A DNA stretch of 64,000 bases, from NCBI GenBank assembly GCA_016201505.1, contig JACQCQ010000002.1:144903-208902 (forward strand). The letters run 5' to 3'. The DNA comes from Candidatus Sungiibacteriota bacterium (lineage in GTDB: Bacteria > Patescibacteriota > Minisyncoccia > Sungbacterales > JACQCQ01). Both the position numbers and the translations under genes were made by a program. The notes under the pieces were generated by a model, which was given only the letters and a program-made list of their open reading frames with translations, did no database searches and was not told the DNA's origin. Below, in pieces: positions 17,124-26,744 of the stretch (positions are counted from its first letter, which is position 1; each line of letters opens with the position of its first letter).

Positions 17124-17711
17124 ATGTTTGACCTACGGCACATCATAGAAATTTCCGGCTATCTCGGCATTTTTATCATTGTCTTTGCCGAGTCGGGCCT
17201 GCTCATCGGATTTTTCCTGCCGGGCGACAGTCTTCTCTTTACCGCGGGCTTACTCGCCTCACAAGGCTATTTAAGCTTCGGTCTCTTGGCGTTCGTTGCG
17301 GTCACTGGTGCAATTCTTGGCGACAGTACGGGATATTGGTTTGGCGAGAAAGTTGGGCCAAGAATATTTAAACGTGAGGATTCATTATTTTTTAAAAAGA
17401 AAAATCTGGCACGGGCGCACGCCTTCTATCAGCAACACGGCGGCAAGGCGCTCGTTTATGCCCGCTTCATGCCAGTGATTCGAACCTTAGCACCGATTGT
17501 CGCCGGGGTTGGCGATATGGAGTATCGCAAATTTATATTGTTTAACGCCATTGGTGGAATTCTTTGGGGGCTTGGTCTTTCGTTCCTCGGCTATTACGTT
17601 GGAGCAACGATCCCGAATGCGGATAATTATCTCTTGTTAATTATTGGCGCTATTGTCGTAATTTCTGTTGCGCCGCCGCTTGTTCAGTTCCTGCGATCGC
17701 AGAGAAACTAG
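17124..17711 (+). CDS. DedA/VTT-family membrane protein
   Basis: 195 aa. FLPGDSLLFTAG and YARFMPVIRTLAPIVAG motifs. Confidence 0.75.
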   Translation: MFDLRHIIEISGYLGIFIIVFAESGLLIGFFLPGDSLLFTAGLLASQGYLSFGLLAFVAVTGAILGDSTGYWFGEKVGPRIFKREDSLFFKKKNLARAHAFYQQHGGKALVYARFMPVIRTLAPIVAGVGDMEYRKFILFNAIGGILWGLGLSFLGYYVGATIPNADNYLLLIIGAIVVISVAPPLVQFLRSQRN

Positions 17712-17715
17712 TGCT

Positions 17716-18255
17716 ATGCCGCACAGGATTTTAACTGCAGACTTTTTTAATCGTGCCTCGCCAGTTGTAGCCCAAGACTTAATCGGGAAATTTTTAGTTG
17801 GCGGGGTGGGGGAACGTCAGATCGCGCACCTGATTACTGAAGTTGAAGCCTATGGCGGGGAGCACGATATGTCTTCGCATGCGCGCGTGGGCTTAACGAA
17901 GCGCAATCAAGTTATGTTCGGCCCGCCCGGCCACTGGTATGTCTATTTTATTTACGGCAGGCATCATTGCCTGAATATTGTTACTGAAAAAGAAGGGACT
18001 GCGTCCGCGGTTTTAATTCGCGCGGTAGATGGTATCTGTGGGCCAGGTAAAATCGGCCGAGCGTATACGATCAACATGAGTCTTTACGGGAAGAAGGCTG
18101 TCCCCAAAAATAAACTCTGGATTGAAGATCGCGGATTGAGACTACGGAATGGCCGACTAAGAATTAAAAAAACTCCGCGAGTTAATGTCGGCGGAGACGA
18201 AACAGCTAAGAAAAAAAGGTGGAGATTTGTGCTTACAAAATTGACCCCCCGCTAG
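17716..18255 (+). CDS. DNA-3-methyladenine glycosylase (MPG/AAG family)
   Basis: MPHRIL... EVEAYGGEHDMSSHA...GPPGHWYVYFIYGRHHCLN conserved core. Confidence 0.75.
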   Translation: MPHRILTADFFNRASPVVAQDLIGKFLVGGVGERQIAHLITEVEAYGGEHDMSSHARVGLTKRNQVMFGPPGHWYVYFIYGRHHCLNIVTEKEGTASAVLIRAVDGICGPGKIGRAYTINMSLYGKKAVPKNKLWIEDRGLRLRNGRLRIKKTPRVNVGGDETAKKKRWRFVLTKLTPR

Positions 18256-18557
18256 GTTAGCGAGGGGTGGAGGGCAGGATTGATCTCGCAGAATCTCACG
18301 TAGAGTTCCTGGTACTCACTAGGCGTGAGCTCGGCGGCATCATCGAGGTTAGAGCAGATTTCAGGGTCAGGCGAAAGACCTGCAGCTTCGAGCTTCGCGC
18401 ACGTGATCTGCTGCAACTCGCCGAGAAACTCGGCTATCTCGTCCGAGACCGCGTTACCATCTCCCCTTTCACGAAAGATGCGCCGCAGAAGATCTGCAAC
18501 AGTAGGCATAGGGCCTCCTTTATTTCCATGTGTATGGCGAAAAATGAATAAAGTCAA
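18252..18557 (-). CDS. hypothetical protein
   Basis: Co-oriented with trpS and rnj. An overlapping plus-strand ORF of similar size exists, so the strand assignment is uncertain. Confidence 0.25.
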   Translation of the reverse strand: MTLFIFRHTHGNKGGPMPTVADLLRRIFRERGDGNAVSDEIAEFLGELQQITCAKLEAAGLSPDPEICSNLDDAAELTPSEYQELYVRFCEINPALHPSLT

Positions 18558-18565
18558 GATTTAGC

Positions 18566-19540
18566 CTAGAGAACGAAGCCGATTTTTTTCTTTACGTCTT
18601 TAAGAGTGCTCGAGGCAAGCTCTGCAGCTTTTTGGGCTCCAGCCTGCAAAACGGAAAGCACGTCTTTTTCTTTCAAGTCATTGAATCGTTGCTGGAATGG
18701 AATAAGTTCTTGAACGACCGCATCGGCTAAATTATTTTTAAATTCAGAGTACGTCAGTTCCTTTGATTCTCTAGTAATCCATTCAACGGGCTTTCCCATT
18801 ACTCCTGCAAATATATTTATAAGGTTGGAAATCGCGGGTTTTGCAGTTGGGCCGTAAACGATCTCGTTACCTGAATCCGTCACGGCTGATTTGATTTTGG
18901 CTCGGATGACGTCTTCTGGATCGAGCAGGTTGATGCGCGTCTTGTCATTCGGATCGCTTTTTGACATTTTATCACCGGGATGAGCCAGCGACATTATTCG
19001 TGCCGTAGTTTTGTTCACCCGGGCCTGCGGAATTATGAATGTCTTTCCAAATCGATTGTTGAATCGCTCCGCGAGAGATCTAGTTAATTCAATGTGCTGG
19101 AGCTGGTCGTCTCCGACTGGCACAAGTTCGGTTTGGTAAAGGAGTATGTCGGCCGCCATCAGCGTGGGATAGTTTAAGAGTCCGGCGTAGACTGCGTCGC
19201 GTTTTGATCTTTTTTCTTTAAACTGTGTCATGCGTTCCAGCTCACCCAGCGGAGTCAATGTACTTAGAATCCAGCCAAGCTCTGCGTGTGCGGGGACATG
19301 CGATTGAATAAAGATGGTAGATTTTTGGGGATCTACTCCTGCGGCCAGATAGGTCTTGGCTGTTTCAAGTGTTGCGCGGCGCAGTTCTTTAGGGTCCTGG
19401 GGAATGGTAATGGCATGCACATCCACGATGCAATACAGGGCATCATTTCCACGCTGAAGCCCAACCCATTGCTTAATGGCACCGAGATAATTTCCAATAT
19501 GAACATTTCCCGATGGCTGAAGACCAGAAAAAACTCTCAT
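18566..19540 (-). CDS. trpS: tryptophanyl-tRNA synthetase
   Basis: 324 aa. HIGN (HIGH-class) motif and KMSKS. Confidence 0.9.
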   Translation of the reverse strand: MRVFSGLQPSGNVHIGNYLGAIKQWVGLQRGNDALYCIVDVHAITIPQDPKELRRATLETAKTYLAAGVDPQKSTIFIQSHVPAHAELGWILSTLTPLGELERMTQFKEKRSKRDAVYAGLLNYPTLMAADILLYQTELVPVGDDQLQHIELTRSLAERFNNRFGKTFIIPQARVNKTTARIMSLAHPGDKMSKSDPNDKTRINLLDPEDVIRAKIKSAVTDSGNEIVYGPTAKPAISNLINIFAGVMGKPVEWITRESKELTYSEFKNNLADAVVQELIPFQQRFNDLKEKDVLSVLQAGAQKAAELASSTLKDVKKKIGFVL

Positions 19541-19547
19541 AAATTAA

Positions 19548-21353
19548 TTATATCTCGGTAACGACTGGCAGCACCATCGGCCGGCGATGTGTCTTTTGAT
19601 AGAGAAATTGGCCGATGTCATCTCGGATTTGGTATCGAATATAGGACCAGTTAACCGGGTGCTGGCCGGCGGTTGTCGTATGCTCAACAATCTCTTTTAC
19701 TTTGTGCCGCACCATTTTTAAGAGTTCTTGGTTTTCACGAAGATAAATGAAGCCGCGAGAGATAATATCAGGCGAGGTATACACCTTGCCGGTTTTGGAG
19801 TCGACGATAGCGATGATGACAAAGATCCCGTCTTCGGCCAGCATCTGGCGGTCTCTTAACACGACCTCACCGACATCACCAACGCCCAGTCCGTCCACAA
19901 AGACGTAATTGGCTGAAACTTCTTCCTTGGCAATACGCGCCGAATCGGCCGTTAATTCCACAATCTTGCCGTTTCCGGCGATCATAATATTTTCTTTGGG
20001 AATGCCGACTGATTCAGCCAGATTCGCATGAAGTTTTAGCATAAAGTAATTGCCGTGGATCGGCATAAAAAACTTCGGTCGCATCAGATTGATCATCAAT
20101 TTCAGGTCTTCCTGCTGGGCGTGACCTCCGGCGTGAATATCCATCATGCCGTAGTGGAATACATTCGCTCCTTGGCGGTAGATGATGTCTTTTAACGATT
20201 GAATCGTGCGTTCGTTACCGACAATGACGGAAGAAGAGAATATCACTGTGTCGCCCTCCTCAAAGCGAATAAATTTATGCTCGCGTTGGGCAATGCGCAT
20301 TAACATCGCGCCCGATTCGCCCTGGGCGCCGGTGCCGATGACTAAAATGCGGTTTGGCGCAAAATTATCGGCGTCCCGCACATCAATAATCGTTCCCTTT
20401 TTGGCTTTAATGTAACCCAGCTCTTGGGCGAGAGCTACGTTTGATTTCATGGAGTAGCCTTCGACGATGACCTTGCGGTCATATTTTTCAGCCAGCGTAA
20501 TTAATTGCTGAATGCGCGAGATCAGCGAAGCAAACGTCGCCGTAATGATTCGGCCCTTGCAGGCGGCAAATATTTCGTCGAGGTTTTGGAAGATGGTGCT
20601 TTCTGAAATCGAGTGCCCGGGACGTTCAGCACCGGTTGAATCCGACATGAGCATGAGCACGCCTTCTTGCGAAAGACGGGCGATGCGCGCGTAATCGGCA
20701 GGCTTATCACCATGCGGATTATTGTCGAACTTAAAGTCGGCAGTATGGCAGATAATGCCGACTGGTGTGTGAATGGCCACACCAACCGTATCCGGGATAT
20801 TGTGATTTACATGGAAGAATTCAATCTTGAAAACTCCAAGCTCGAGTGTCGTATCCTCCTTTATCTCCTGGATATCGATCTCGCCCATGTGCTTAAAGTC
20901 TTCTTGTCGCTTTAAGATGATGGCGCGGGTTAGCGGCATCGCATAGACTGTCGGATTTCCAATTTGGGGAATGACATACGGAATGCCGCCGATGTGGTCA
21001 TAATGCGCGTGCGTGATAATCACACCGCGGATTTTGTCTTTGTTTTGTTTTAAGTAGGTTGCGTCGGGGATGATATAGTCAACGCCGGGCATATTTTCTT
21101 CGGGAAACTGAAGTCCTAAGTCGATGACGATGATGTCGCCGCCATATTCAAGCAGCATCGAATTTCGTCCAACCTCCTCGAGTCCCCCGAGCGGGATGAC
21201 GCGGAGCACTCCCAGTTTTATATTTACCGCAGATTTTTCGCGCGGCTCGGGACGCGCCCGGAAGGGCAGCGGGCCTCGGCCGCGTCCCCGCGAACTGTTG
21301 CGCCGGTCGCGAAAATCGCGCCTCGGTTTTTGTACTGATGGTCTCATTGGCAT
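19548..21353 (-). CDS. rnj: ribonuclease J (beta-CASP metallo-beta-lactamase) with an Arg-rich N-terminal extension
   Basis: HAHYDHIGG motif, beta-CASP and C-terminal domain. About 45 N-terminal residues are R/P-rich and low-complexity. Confidence 0.85.
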   Translation of the reverse strand: MPMRPSVQKPRRDFRDRRNSSRGRGRGPLPFRARPEPREKSAVNIKLGVLRVIPLGGLEEVGRNSMLLEYGGDIIVIDLGLQFPEENMPGVDYIIPDATYLKQNKDKIRGVIITHAHYDHIGGIPYVIPQIGNPTVYAMPLTRAIILKRQEDFKHMGEIDIQEIKEDTTLELGVFKIEFFHVNHNIPDTVGVAIHTPVGIICHTADFKFDNNPHGDKPADYARIARLSQEGVLMLMSDSTGAERPGHSISESTIFQNLDEIFAACKGRIITATFASLISRIQQLITLAEKYDRKVIVEGYSMKSNVALAQELGYIKAKKGTIIDVRDADNFAPNRILVIGTGAQGESGAMLMRIAQREHKFIRFEEGDTVIFSSSVIVGNERTIQSLKDIIYRQGANVFHYGMMDIHAGGHAQQEDLKLMINLMRPKFFMPIHGNYFMLKLHANLAESVGIPKENIMIAGNGKIVELTADSARIAKEEVSANYVFVDGLGVGDVGEVVLRDRQMLAEDGIFVIIAIVDSKTGKVYTSPDIISRGFIYLRENQELLKMVRHKVKEIVEHTTTAGQHPVNWSYIRYQIRDDIGQFLYQKTHRRPMVLPVVTEI

Positions 21354-21561
21354 GTCGCCTTCTTTTTAGGCATGGTACGAGACTCAAGAGATGCTTGAAT
21401 CTCGATCATGTAGATTAGGAATAATGAGTTGTATGAAGAATGACTCTCCCTACACGAATGCCTGGGTGAAAATAGTGGGCGAGAGATGAGTCGCCTAGCC
21501 CGCTGACTGCGTTAGCAGTCGGCCGGGGAACCTCCACGGGGTTACCCTCACTAGCTCCCTT

Positions 21562-21670
21562 ATCCCGTTAGAATGCCGCGGGTGGGAGTTGAACCCACAC
21601 ATCCTTTCAGATACACGGTCCTGAACCGTGCGCGTCTGCCAATTCCGCCACCGCGGCATTCTAACGGGAT
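21562..21670 (-). repeat. ATCCCGTTAGAATG ... CATTCTAACGGGAT inverted repeat that extends the tRNA-Leu acceptor stem by 14 bp on each side
   Basis: Read from the sequence. Same terminal words as the CCCGTTAGA elements at 8259 and 45601. Confidence 0.6.
21574..21657 (-). tRNA. tRNA-Leu (anticodon CAG), long variable arm
   Basis: Minus-strand read: GCCGCGGTGGCGGAATTGGCAGACGCGCACGGTTCAGGACCGTG...GGGTTCAACTCCCACCCGCGGCA. No encoded CCA. Confidence 0.8.
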
Positions 21671-21717
21671 AAACGAGCGTGGTCTCACGAGTCACCCGAG
21701 CATTCGTCTAAAGACAG

Positions 21718-22530
21718 TTATCTAATTTCTTTATATATATTTGAAATTGCAAAAAATTGAGGCCGGTATGTTTCAGGAGTGACCAAAAATTGTAAGTCGG
21801 TGGGATGCCCCACAAATACGTTCCATAACGGCTCAAAGTATCCGTGGAACCAGTCTTTGCGCGGGACAAGTTTTTTTAACTCGGGTATCGAGGAGTAGTT
21901 CGGATTTCGTTCAATTTCTATCATAGCCGGATTTTGACCCGCTAGGAAGCGATAACACCCGCCATGTAATTTCTTGTACTTTGAATAATCAGATTGAAAA
22001 AGATCAGCGACACAGTTGGCTTCGATTAAGGGCTCTGATTCGGTATTGATTGTAATGTGGCCGAACCCCGGGGGTACTAAAATCTTCTCACCTGGTCCCG
22101 CCTCCACCAAATACGCTTCTTCAATCTCGTCATGATTTCCCCCAGCCTTTTGAATCAGCCAATGGCCGCGGCCGGAAAGGACCTCGTATATTTCCGGATA
22201 CCCTATACCATTTTTATCAACTTGATGATAGTGCCCGGCGGTACGGAAGAATTCGCGCTCGTCATTTGGCAGACGATATGATCCCGACTCAATCAGCGTG
22301 ATGTCATACCGCATAGTCTGTGAAAACGATAATTCTTTATCCATCGGTTCGATGTCGCGCCAGACGCGATATACGGGATCTATATCCGAGCTGATCGCAT
22401 CGACAAAGAAGGGAGCCAGATCAACAACTTTTTTTTCAGTCATCTCGCCGACTCTTAATTCGTGGGGTATAACGAGCGTCCCAGCCTCAAAGCCAAGAGG
22501 CAGTCCGCTGATAGTTTTTAAGTCAGGCAT
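21718..22530 (-). CDS. cupin-type (archaeal-like) glucose-6-phosphate isomerase
   Basis: 270 aa. TAGHYH...PEIYEVLSGRGHWLIQ...VPPGFGH metal-ligand and cupin pattern as in the Pyrococcus-type PGI. Confidence 0.5.
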   Translation of the reverse strand: MPDLKTISGLPLGFEAGTLVIPHELRVGEMTEKKVVDLAPFFVDAISSDIDPVYRVWRDIEPMDKELSFSQTMRYDITLIESGSYRLPNDEREFFRTAGHYHQVDKNGIGYPEIYEVLSGRGHWLIQKAGGNHDEIEEAYLVEAGPGEKILVPPGFGHITINTESEPLIEANCVADLFQSDYSKYKKLHGGCYRFLAGQNPAMIEIERNPNYSSIPELKKLVPRKDWFHGYFEPLWNVFVGHPTDLQFLVTPETYRPQFFAISNIYKEIR

Positions 22531-24295
22531 GAAATACTCTTTTTGTTTTTATATACCAGGAGTTAAATGTATCAAAACGCTCCGCCGGAATAATAAAAGT
22601 TTGAATGTCGAGGCCCTTTACGTTTGATCGGTAGATATAGGTATAGGTTGGCGAATAGAGGAATATCGTAGGGAAGTCTCTATGAATGGCTTCTTGAAAT
22701 TTTTGATAATCAGCCTCAATTCTTGATTGATCGGTCGATCGGCGGGCGTCTTCAAGCAGATTGTCTACTAGGGCCGAATGATAAAGCGCAATGTTAAGTC
22801 CCGGATCTTTGATTTGAGAAGAATGCCAGAAGGCAAACGGATCAGGATCGTGCCCCAGGATCTCCCCGAAGAGGAGCGCATCGTAATGCCGAGGCCGGAT
22901 GACGTTTGACTCTAGGTCGTCAATGGGCATGGCATTAATTTCCGCGTCAACACCGATGGCTTTCCAGTATTCCTTGATGGCATTGGCCGAGTTTTTGAGG
23001 TCACTCCAATCCGATGTGGCGAGCGTAATTTTTAGCGGAATGGGTTTGTCCTTCTTTTTGGCAGCCTTCTTTTCTAAGAGACCGTCACCGTTTAGATCTT
23101 TCCAGCCGGCTTTAGCCAGGATGGCTCGCGCCGCATTCGGATCGTAGGCGGTCTTATTAATTTGACCATTGTATCCGAACGTTCCCGGCGGAATGGGAGA
23201 CTCGATCGGCAATGCCCCGCCGCCCAATACTTTTTTTATCAACTCATCCTTTGGAATGGCTAAGGCCAGCGCTTGGCGAATCAATTTATCTTTTAGGACG
23301 GGGTTTGAATCGTTTAAAAATATGGCAAATATGCGCGGCATTTTTACGGCTGGAGCGTTTCCTCCGAGCGACTTAAAGAAATCAACCTTCTTTTGCGAGA
23401 CGACGCTGACGCCGTCAATATTTTTTGCCTCAAAAGCCTGAACTAACTGATCAGGAGAATCGTAGAAAGTAAACTCAACAGTCTCGATGTAAGGGCCCGC
23501 GCGATAATAATCCCGATTGCGCTCGAGCACATACTTGGTGACAGCGCCCGCCGCATTTCGACTCATGCTTTTAAATGTATATGGTCCGCTGCCAGTCGGT
23601 TTTAAATTAGCTTCCGAGAGTGACGCCGCTTCTGCCGAGACATTGTCCCAAATATGCCGGGGAATAATGGCCAGCGCCAGGTTTTGTAAAAATGGCGAGT
23701 AGGGTTGTTTTAAAACAAATCTGACGGAATAATCTCCCAGTCTCTCGATCGTAACACCTTGCCAGTTCGGGCGCAGAGAACTTTTATAGCTTGGGTCTTG
23801 AATTGTTTTTACCGTAAACACGACATCATCGGCAGTCAGCGGAGTTCCGTCATGCCATTTAGCATTCTTTTTTAAAGCGATGGTATAGGATTTGCCATCA
23901 GCCGAAATTGAATAATTTTCCGCTAAATCGGGCGTTAAGTTTCCCTTGCCGTCATAGACAAAAAGTTTAGAAAATATCAGTTCAACTAAATCTCGGTCAG
24001 TATCATTTGAGGAAAGAAAGAGGGGGTTAACGCGTTCTGGCGGCCGAACTTCTCCTTCGCGAAATATGCCGCCGATGGCCGGAACAGGGTGCGTTAAATG
24101 CAAAAAGACGAGAGTCCCCGAAGTCACCCCGCTGATAACTGTTAAGGCAATACAGAAGAAAAATAAAGCGCGTTCGGTGCGGGAAAAAATATGCGGGACG
24201 TAGAGCCAGTCCCGAAACGATAAGGCTTTCCATGGATTTTGCGGGAACCCCGGCCTTGGACTCTGGTTTATTCCCGACGTACCTTTTTCTGTCAT
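22523..24295 (-). CDS. ABC-transporter family-5 (oligopeptide/nickel-type) substrate-binding protein, membrane-anchored, with no adjacent permease or ATPase
   Basis: Start chosen at MTEKG; the ORF track extends to 24346. N-terminal TM anchor, then a roughly 520-aa SBP_bac_5-like domain. Confidence 0.6.
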   Translation of the reverse strand: MTEKGTSGINQSPRPGFPQNPWKALSFRDWLYVPHIFSRTERALFFFCIALTVISGVTSGTLVFLHLTHPVPAIGGIFREGEVRPPERVNPLFLSSNDTDRDLVELIFSKLFVYDGKGNLTPDLAENYSISADGKSYTIALKKNAKWHDGTPLTADDVVFTVKTIQDPSYKSSLRPNWQGVTIERLGDYSVRFVLKQPYSPFLQNLALAIIPRHIWDNVSAEAASLSEANLKPTGSGPYTFKSMSRNAAGAVTKYVLERNRDYYRAGPYIETVEFTFYDSPDQLVQAFEAKNIDGVSVVSQKKVDFFKSLGGNAPAVKMPRIFAIFLNDSNPVLKDKLIRQALALAIPKDELIKKVLGGGALPIESPIPPGTFGYNGQINKTAYDPNAARAILAKAGWKDLNGDGLLEKKAAKKKDKPIPLKITLATSDWSDLKNSANAIKEYWKAIGVDAEINAMPIDDLESNVIRPRHYDALLFGEILGHDPDPFAFWHSSQIKDPGLNIALYHSALVDNLLEDARRSTDQSRIEADYQKFQEAIHRDFPTIFLYSPTYTYIYRSNVKGLDIQTFIIPAERFDTFNSWYIKTKRVFHA

Positions 24296-24302
24296 TCTAG
24301 AT

Positions 24303-24518
24303 CTAGAGAATGATTGAGGCGACCGCCGAGGCAAGCAGCAAGACAATCAAAACAATAGTCACGTAAAATATTACTTTTTCGACGCCGCGTTTCGTGCGGT
24401 AGACATTGCCTTCGCCGCCGAAGGTAGCGGATAATCCCGTTCCGCGCTGCTGCAGCAAAATAGAGGCGGCGAGGAGTACTGAAACAATGATCTGAAATAT
24501 AGAAATTATAGCCTTCAT
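24303..24518 (-). CDS. secG: preprotein translocase subunit SecG
   Basis: 71 aa, two TM helices, LLQQRGTGLSATFGG signature. Confidence 0.7.
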   Translation of the reverse strand: MKAIISIFQIIVSVLLAASILLQQRGTGLSATFGGEGNVYRTKRGVEKVIFYVTIVLIVLLLASAVASIIL

Positions 24519-24522
24519 GATT

Positions 24523-24936
24523 TTAGAGAACCGTATTAATTATGCCGACAATCAGTGTGCTTCCAACCCAGGCGGTAAGGCCATCGATTGAGATTTCCGG
24601 AATGAGCCAGGCGAGGACCCAAAGAATTATAGCGTTAATTATGATATTGAAAAGGCCGAAGCTGATGATAACGAGCGGGAAGCTGATGATTTTGAGAACC
24701 GGCCGCAGGATGGTGTTTAAGACGGCGAGCACGAAGCCGGCCACAACGAGCGTCTGGTAATAGAGGAGGATGTTAAGCCCGGCGCTAAAGGTATGGCTTA
24801 GGATATGAAATCCCGAGAGAAGATAGGCCGAAAACCAGAGGGCCCCGGCGTTTATGGCGACTTTTACGAGGAAGCGCAGGATAAACATGCAAAACAGATG
24901 ATACCGAAAAATAAGCCCTCCGTCAAAAGGTACCAC
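24523..24936 (-). CDS. small four-TM membrane protein (phage-holin-family-4/DUF360-like)
   Basis: Four predicted TM helices. Weak resemblance to the PF04020 family. Confidence 0.35.
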   Translation of the reverse strand: MVPFDGGLIFRYHLFCMFILRFLVKVAINAGALWFSAYLLSGFHILSHTFSAGLNILLYYQTLVVAGFVLAVLNTILRPVLKIISFPLVIISFGLFNIIINAIILWVLAWLIPEISIDGLTAWVGSTLIVGIINTVL

Positions 24937-24961
24937 TAGCCGGCGTTTTCCATGCGAGGTG

Positions 24962-24997
24962 CTATAAATCCGATAGACTAGTCTATCGGATTTATAG
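24962..24997. repeat. 36-bp palindrome copy 2 (CTATAAATCCGATAGACTAGTCTATCGGATTTATAG), perfect, 26 bp upstream of the minus-strand membrane-protein gene
   Basis: Perfect dyad, same core as copies 1 and 3. Confidence 0.7.
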
Positions 24998-25170
24998 AGA
25001 CTATGCCTAATAGTTACTTTTACCCCTTTCTTTAATAATTTTGGCTAGCAAGAAAACACCCCTGCCGCTTTGGCGGGTTACATGCTTTTTCTTTTTCTCT
25101 CTCCGCTCCGATTTAAATTTCCGTTTTTCCTTCACGTATTCAGTATATTCGAGACTGTCTGGACTTCATA

Positions 25171-25206
25171 CTTACCTATACCTCCCTATAGGTCGGTATA
25201 GGTAAG
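25171..25206 (-). terminator. hairpin CTTACCTATACC-N12-GGTATAGGTAAG immediately after the uvrC stop (no U-tract)
   Basis: 12-bp perfect stem abutting the stop codon. Confidence 0.4.
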
Positions 25207-26520
25207 TTAGTGCAAAGTCAGGAAAGACTTCCTGCGGAGTACCGAGTGATACGACTTGGCAAACCGGTGGGACTCATCGCGGATGCGCTGCAGGAGATGC
25301 ATGACGGACATAGGCAACGTTCGTAACGGAACCGATTCCCTGCGATTTGACAAGTACCAGAGGTCTTGATTCTGACCCGCGCCAGACGGGGCGCGTGAGA
25401 AAAATCGGCGCGGCGGTTTTGAGAGCGCGCTCACATGAATTTTTCTGAATTGCTTTTGGTTGAGCAGTGGGAGAATGGCATTTAATTGTCCCTTTCCGCC
25501 GTCAATGACGATTAAATCCGGCAACTCCCATTCATTATGATAGAGCCGACGTGAAATGACCTCGCGATGCGAGGCCACATCATTGGCCCCCGCAACTGTT
25601 TTGATCTTGAATTTACGGTATTGTGATTTGTCCGGCCGCCCGTCGTAGAAGACAACCATTGACCCTGCAGATGAAGCGCCCGAAATATTTGAAATGTCGT
25701 ATCCCTCGATGCGGCGTATGGGCTCCTTCGTATTTAAAAAAGTCTTCAAGACTCGCTCAATTTTAAAATATGGGGTTTCCGATCTCTTCTTTAAGGCAAT
25801 GCCGCGATGGCGATAAAATGATTCAAGCCCGAAAATTTGATTGCGCAGTTTAGCGGCCTTTTCGTACTCTTCATGTTTGGCTGCCGCCTTCATTTCTTTT
25901 TCAAGATCTCGCAATAAGTTATTTCGCTTGCCAGACAGAATGGAAAAAATGGAGTTAATATTTTTCTTGTATTCTTGTTTTTCCGTTTGAGTTGATTCCT
26001 GTTCTTTGATGCAACAGTATCCAGCGCATCGCCCAATCTGGGCGTTTACGCAAACTCCTCGATGCAGCTGTTTACAGGAACAGTAGGGGAAGGTGCCTCT
26101 AAGGAGACGCATGGCTTCGCGTAAGTAAGTTGCTTCAACAAATGGTCCAACCGCGGTTACGCCCGGCTCCGGCTGGTGCGTAAAGTAAAAGCGAGGGAAT
26201 TCGTCTTTCGTGACTGCTATGTATAAGTAGTTTTTATCATCCCGCATTAAGATGTTGAATTTAGGCAGATGCTTTTTAATGTTTTCAGATTCTAAAATCA
26301 ACGCCTCAATTTCAGATGCGGTTTTGATAAATTCAATCGAAGTTGCCTCCTGGATCAGTTGGCTAACTTTCCAGCCGCGTCCGCCGGCCGGTGGAATCTT
26401 AAAATAGGCAGAAACTCGCTTTTTTAAATTAGCGGCTTTCCCAACATACAGTGGCGTCTTCTTTCGCTTGAAAATATAGACGCCCGGATGAGTCGGTATC
26501 GTTTTCGGCTTTTTCAGCAT
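25207..26520 (-). CDS. uvrC: excinuclease ABC subunit C, short form lacking the C-terminal (HhH)2 domain
   Basis: 437 aa. N-terminal GIY-YIG (GVYIFKRKKTPLYVGKAANLKKR), a Cys cluster, and C-terminal IDGGKGQL. Confidence 0.7.
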   Translation of the reverse strand: MLKKPKTIPTHPGVYIFKRKKTPLYVGKAANLKKRVSAYFKIPPAGGRGWKVSQLIQEATSIEFIKTASEIEALILESENIKKHLPKFNILMRDDKNYLYIAVTKDEFPRFYFTHQPEPGVTAVGPFVEATYLREAMRLLRGTFPYCSCKQLHRGVCVNAQIGRCAGYCCIKEQESTQTEKQEYKKNINSIFSILSGKRNNLLRDLEKEMKAAAKHEEYEKAAKLRNQIFGLESFYRHRGIALKKRSETPYFKIERVLKTFLNTKEPIRRIEGYDISNISGASSAGSMVVFYDGRPDKSQYRKFKIKTVAGANDVASHREVISRRLYHNEWELPDLIVIDGGKGQLNAILPLLNQKQFRKIHVSALSKPPRRFFSRAPSGAGQNQDLWYLSNRRESVPLRTLPMSVMHLLQRIRDESHRFAKSYHSVLRRKSFLTLH

Positions 26521-26600
26521 CGTAGTCGTATCCTAGCGCCGATTAACAAAAAGATGTAATGGCGCAAGACGAGGGGTCAATCTCGTCCCCACTTATCTCT

Positions 26601-26625
26601 TGATCCCGTTAGAGAATTAATTATC
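26601..26625 (+). repeat. solo left arm of the CCCGTTAGAGAATTAA-type element (GATCCCGTTAGAGAATTAATTATCGG) in the uvrC/uvrA divergent spacer
   Basis: 17-nt identity to the left arm of element b2 at 45701. No right arm found nearby. Confidence 0.45.
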
Positions 26626-26744
26626 GGCTGTATTTTGGTTGCCAATAATTATTTTACCAAGGGCCGGTTCTGGCTTATAGATCGCGGTTAATTCCCCAAT
26701 GGGATTGAATTCTATTGACAAGGAGAGTAGAATGGAAACCTTTC

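Noticed and set aside
18267-18551. 94-aa plus-strand ORF overlapping the 101-aa minus-strand ORF
   Set aside because: At most one of the two is real. The minus strand was preferred because it is co-oriented with trpS-rnj. Neither has a recognisable domain.
26521-26744. LexA/SOS box in the uvrC-uvrA divergent spacer and upstream of recA
   Set aside because: No CTGT-N8-ACAG or CGAAC-N4-GTTCG-like dyad is present. The recA upstream region is occupied by the GACTACAG leader element instead.
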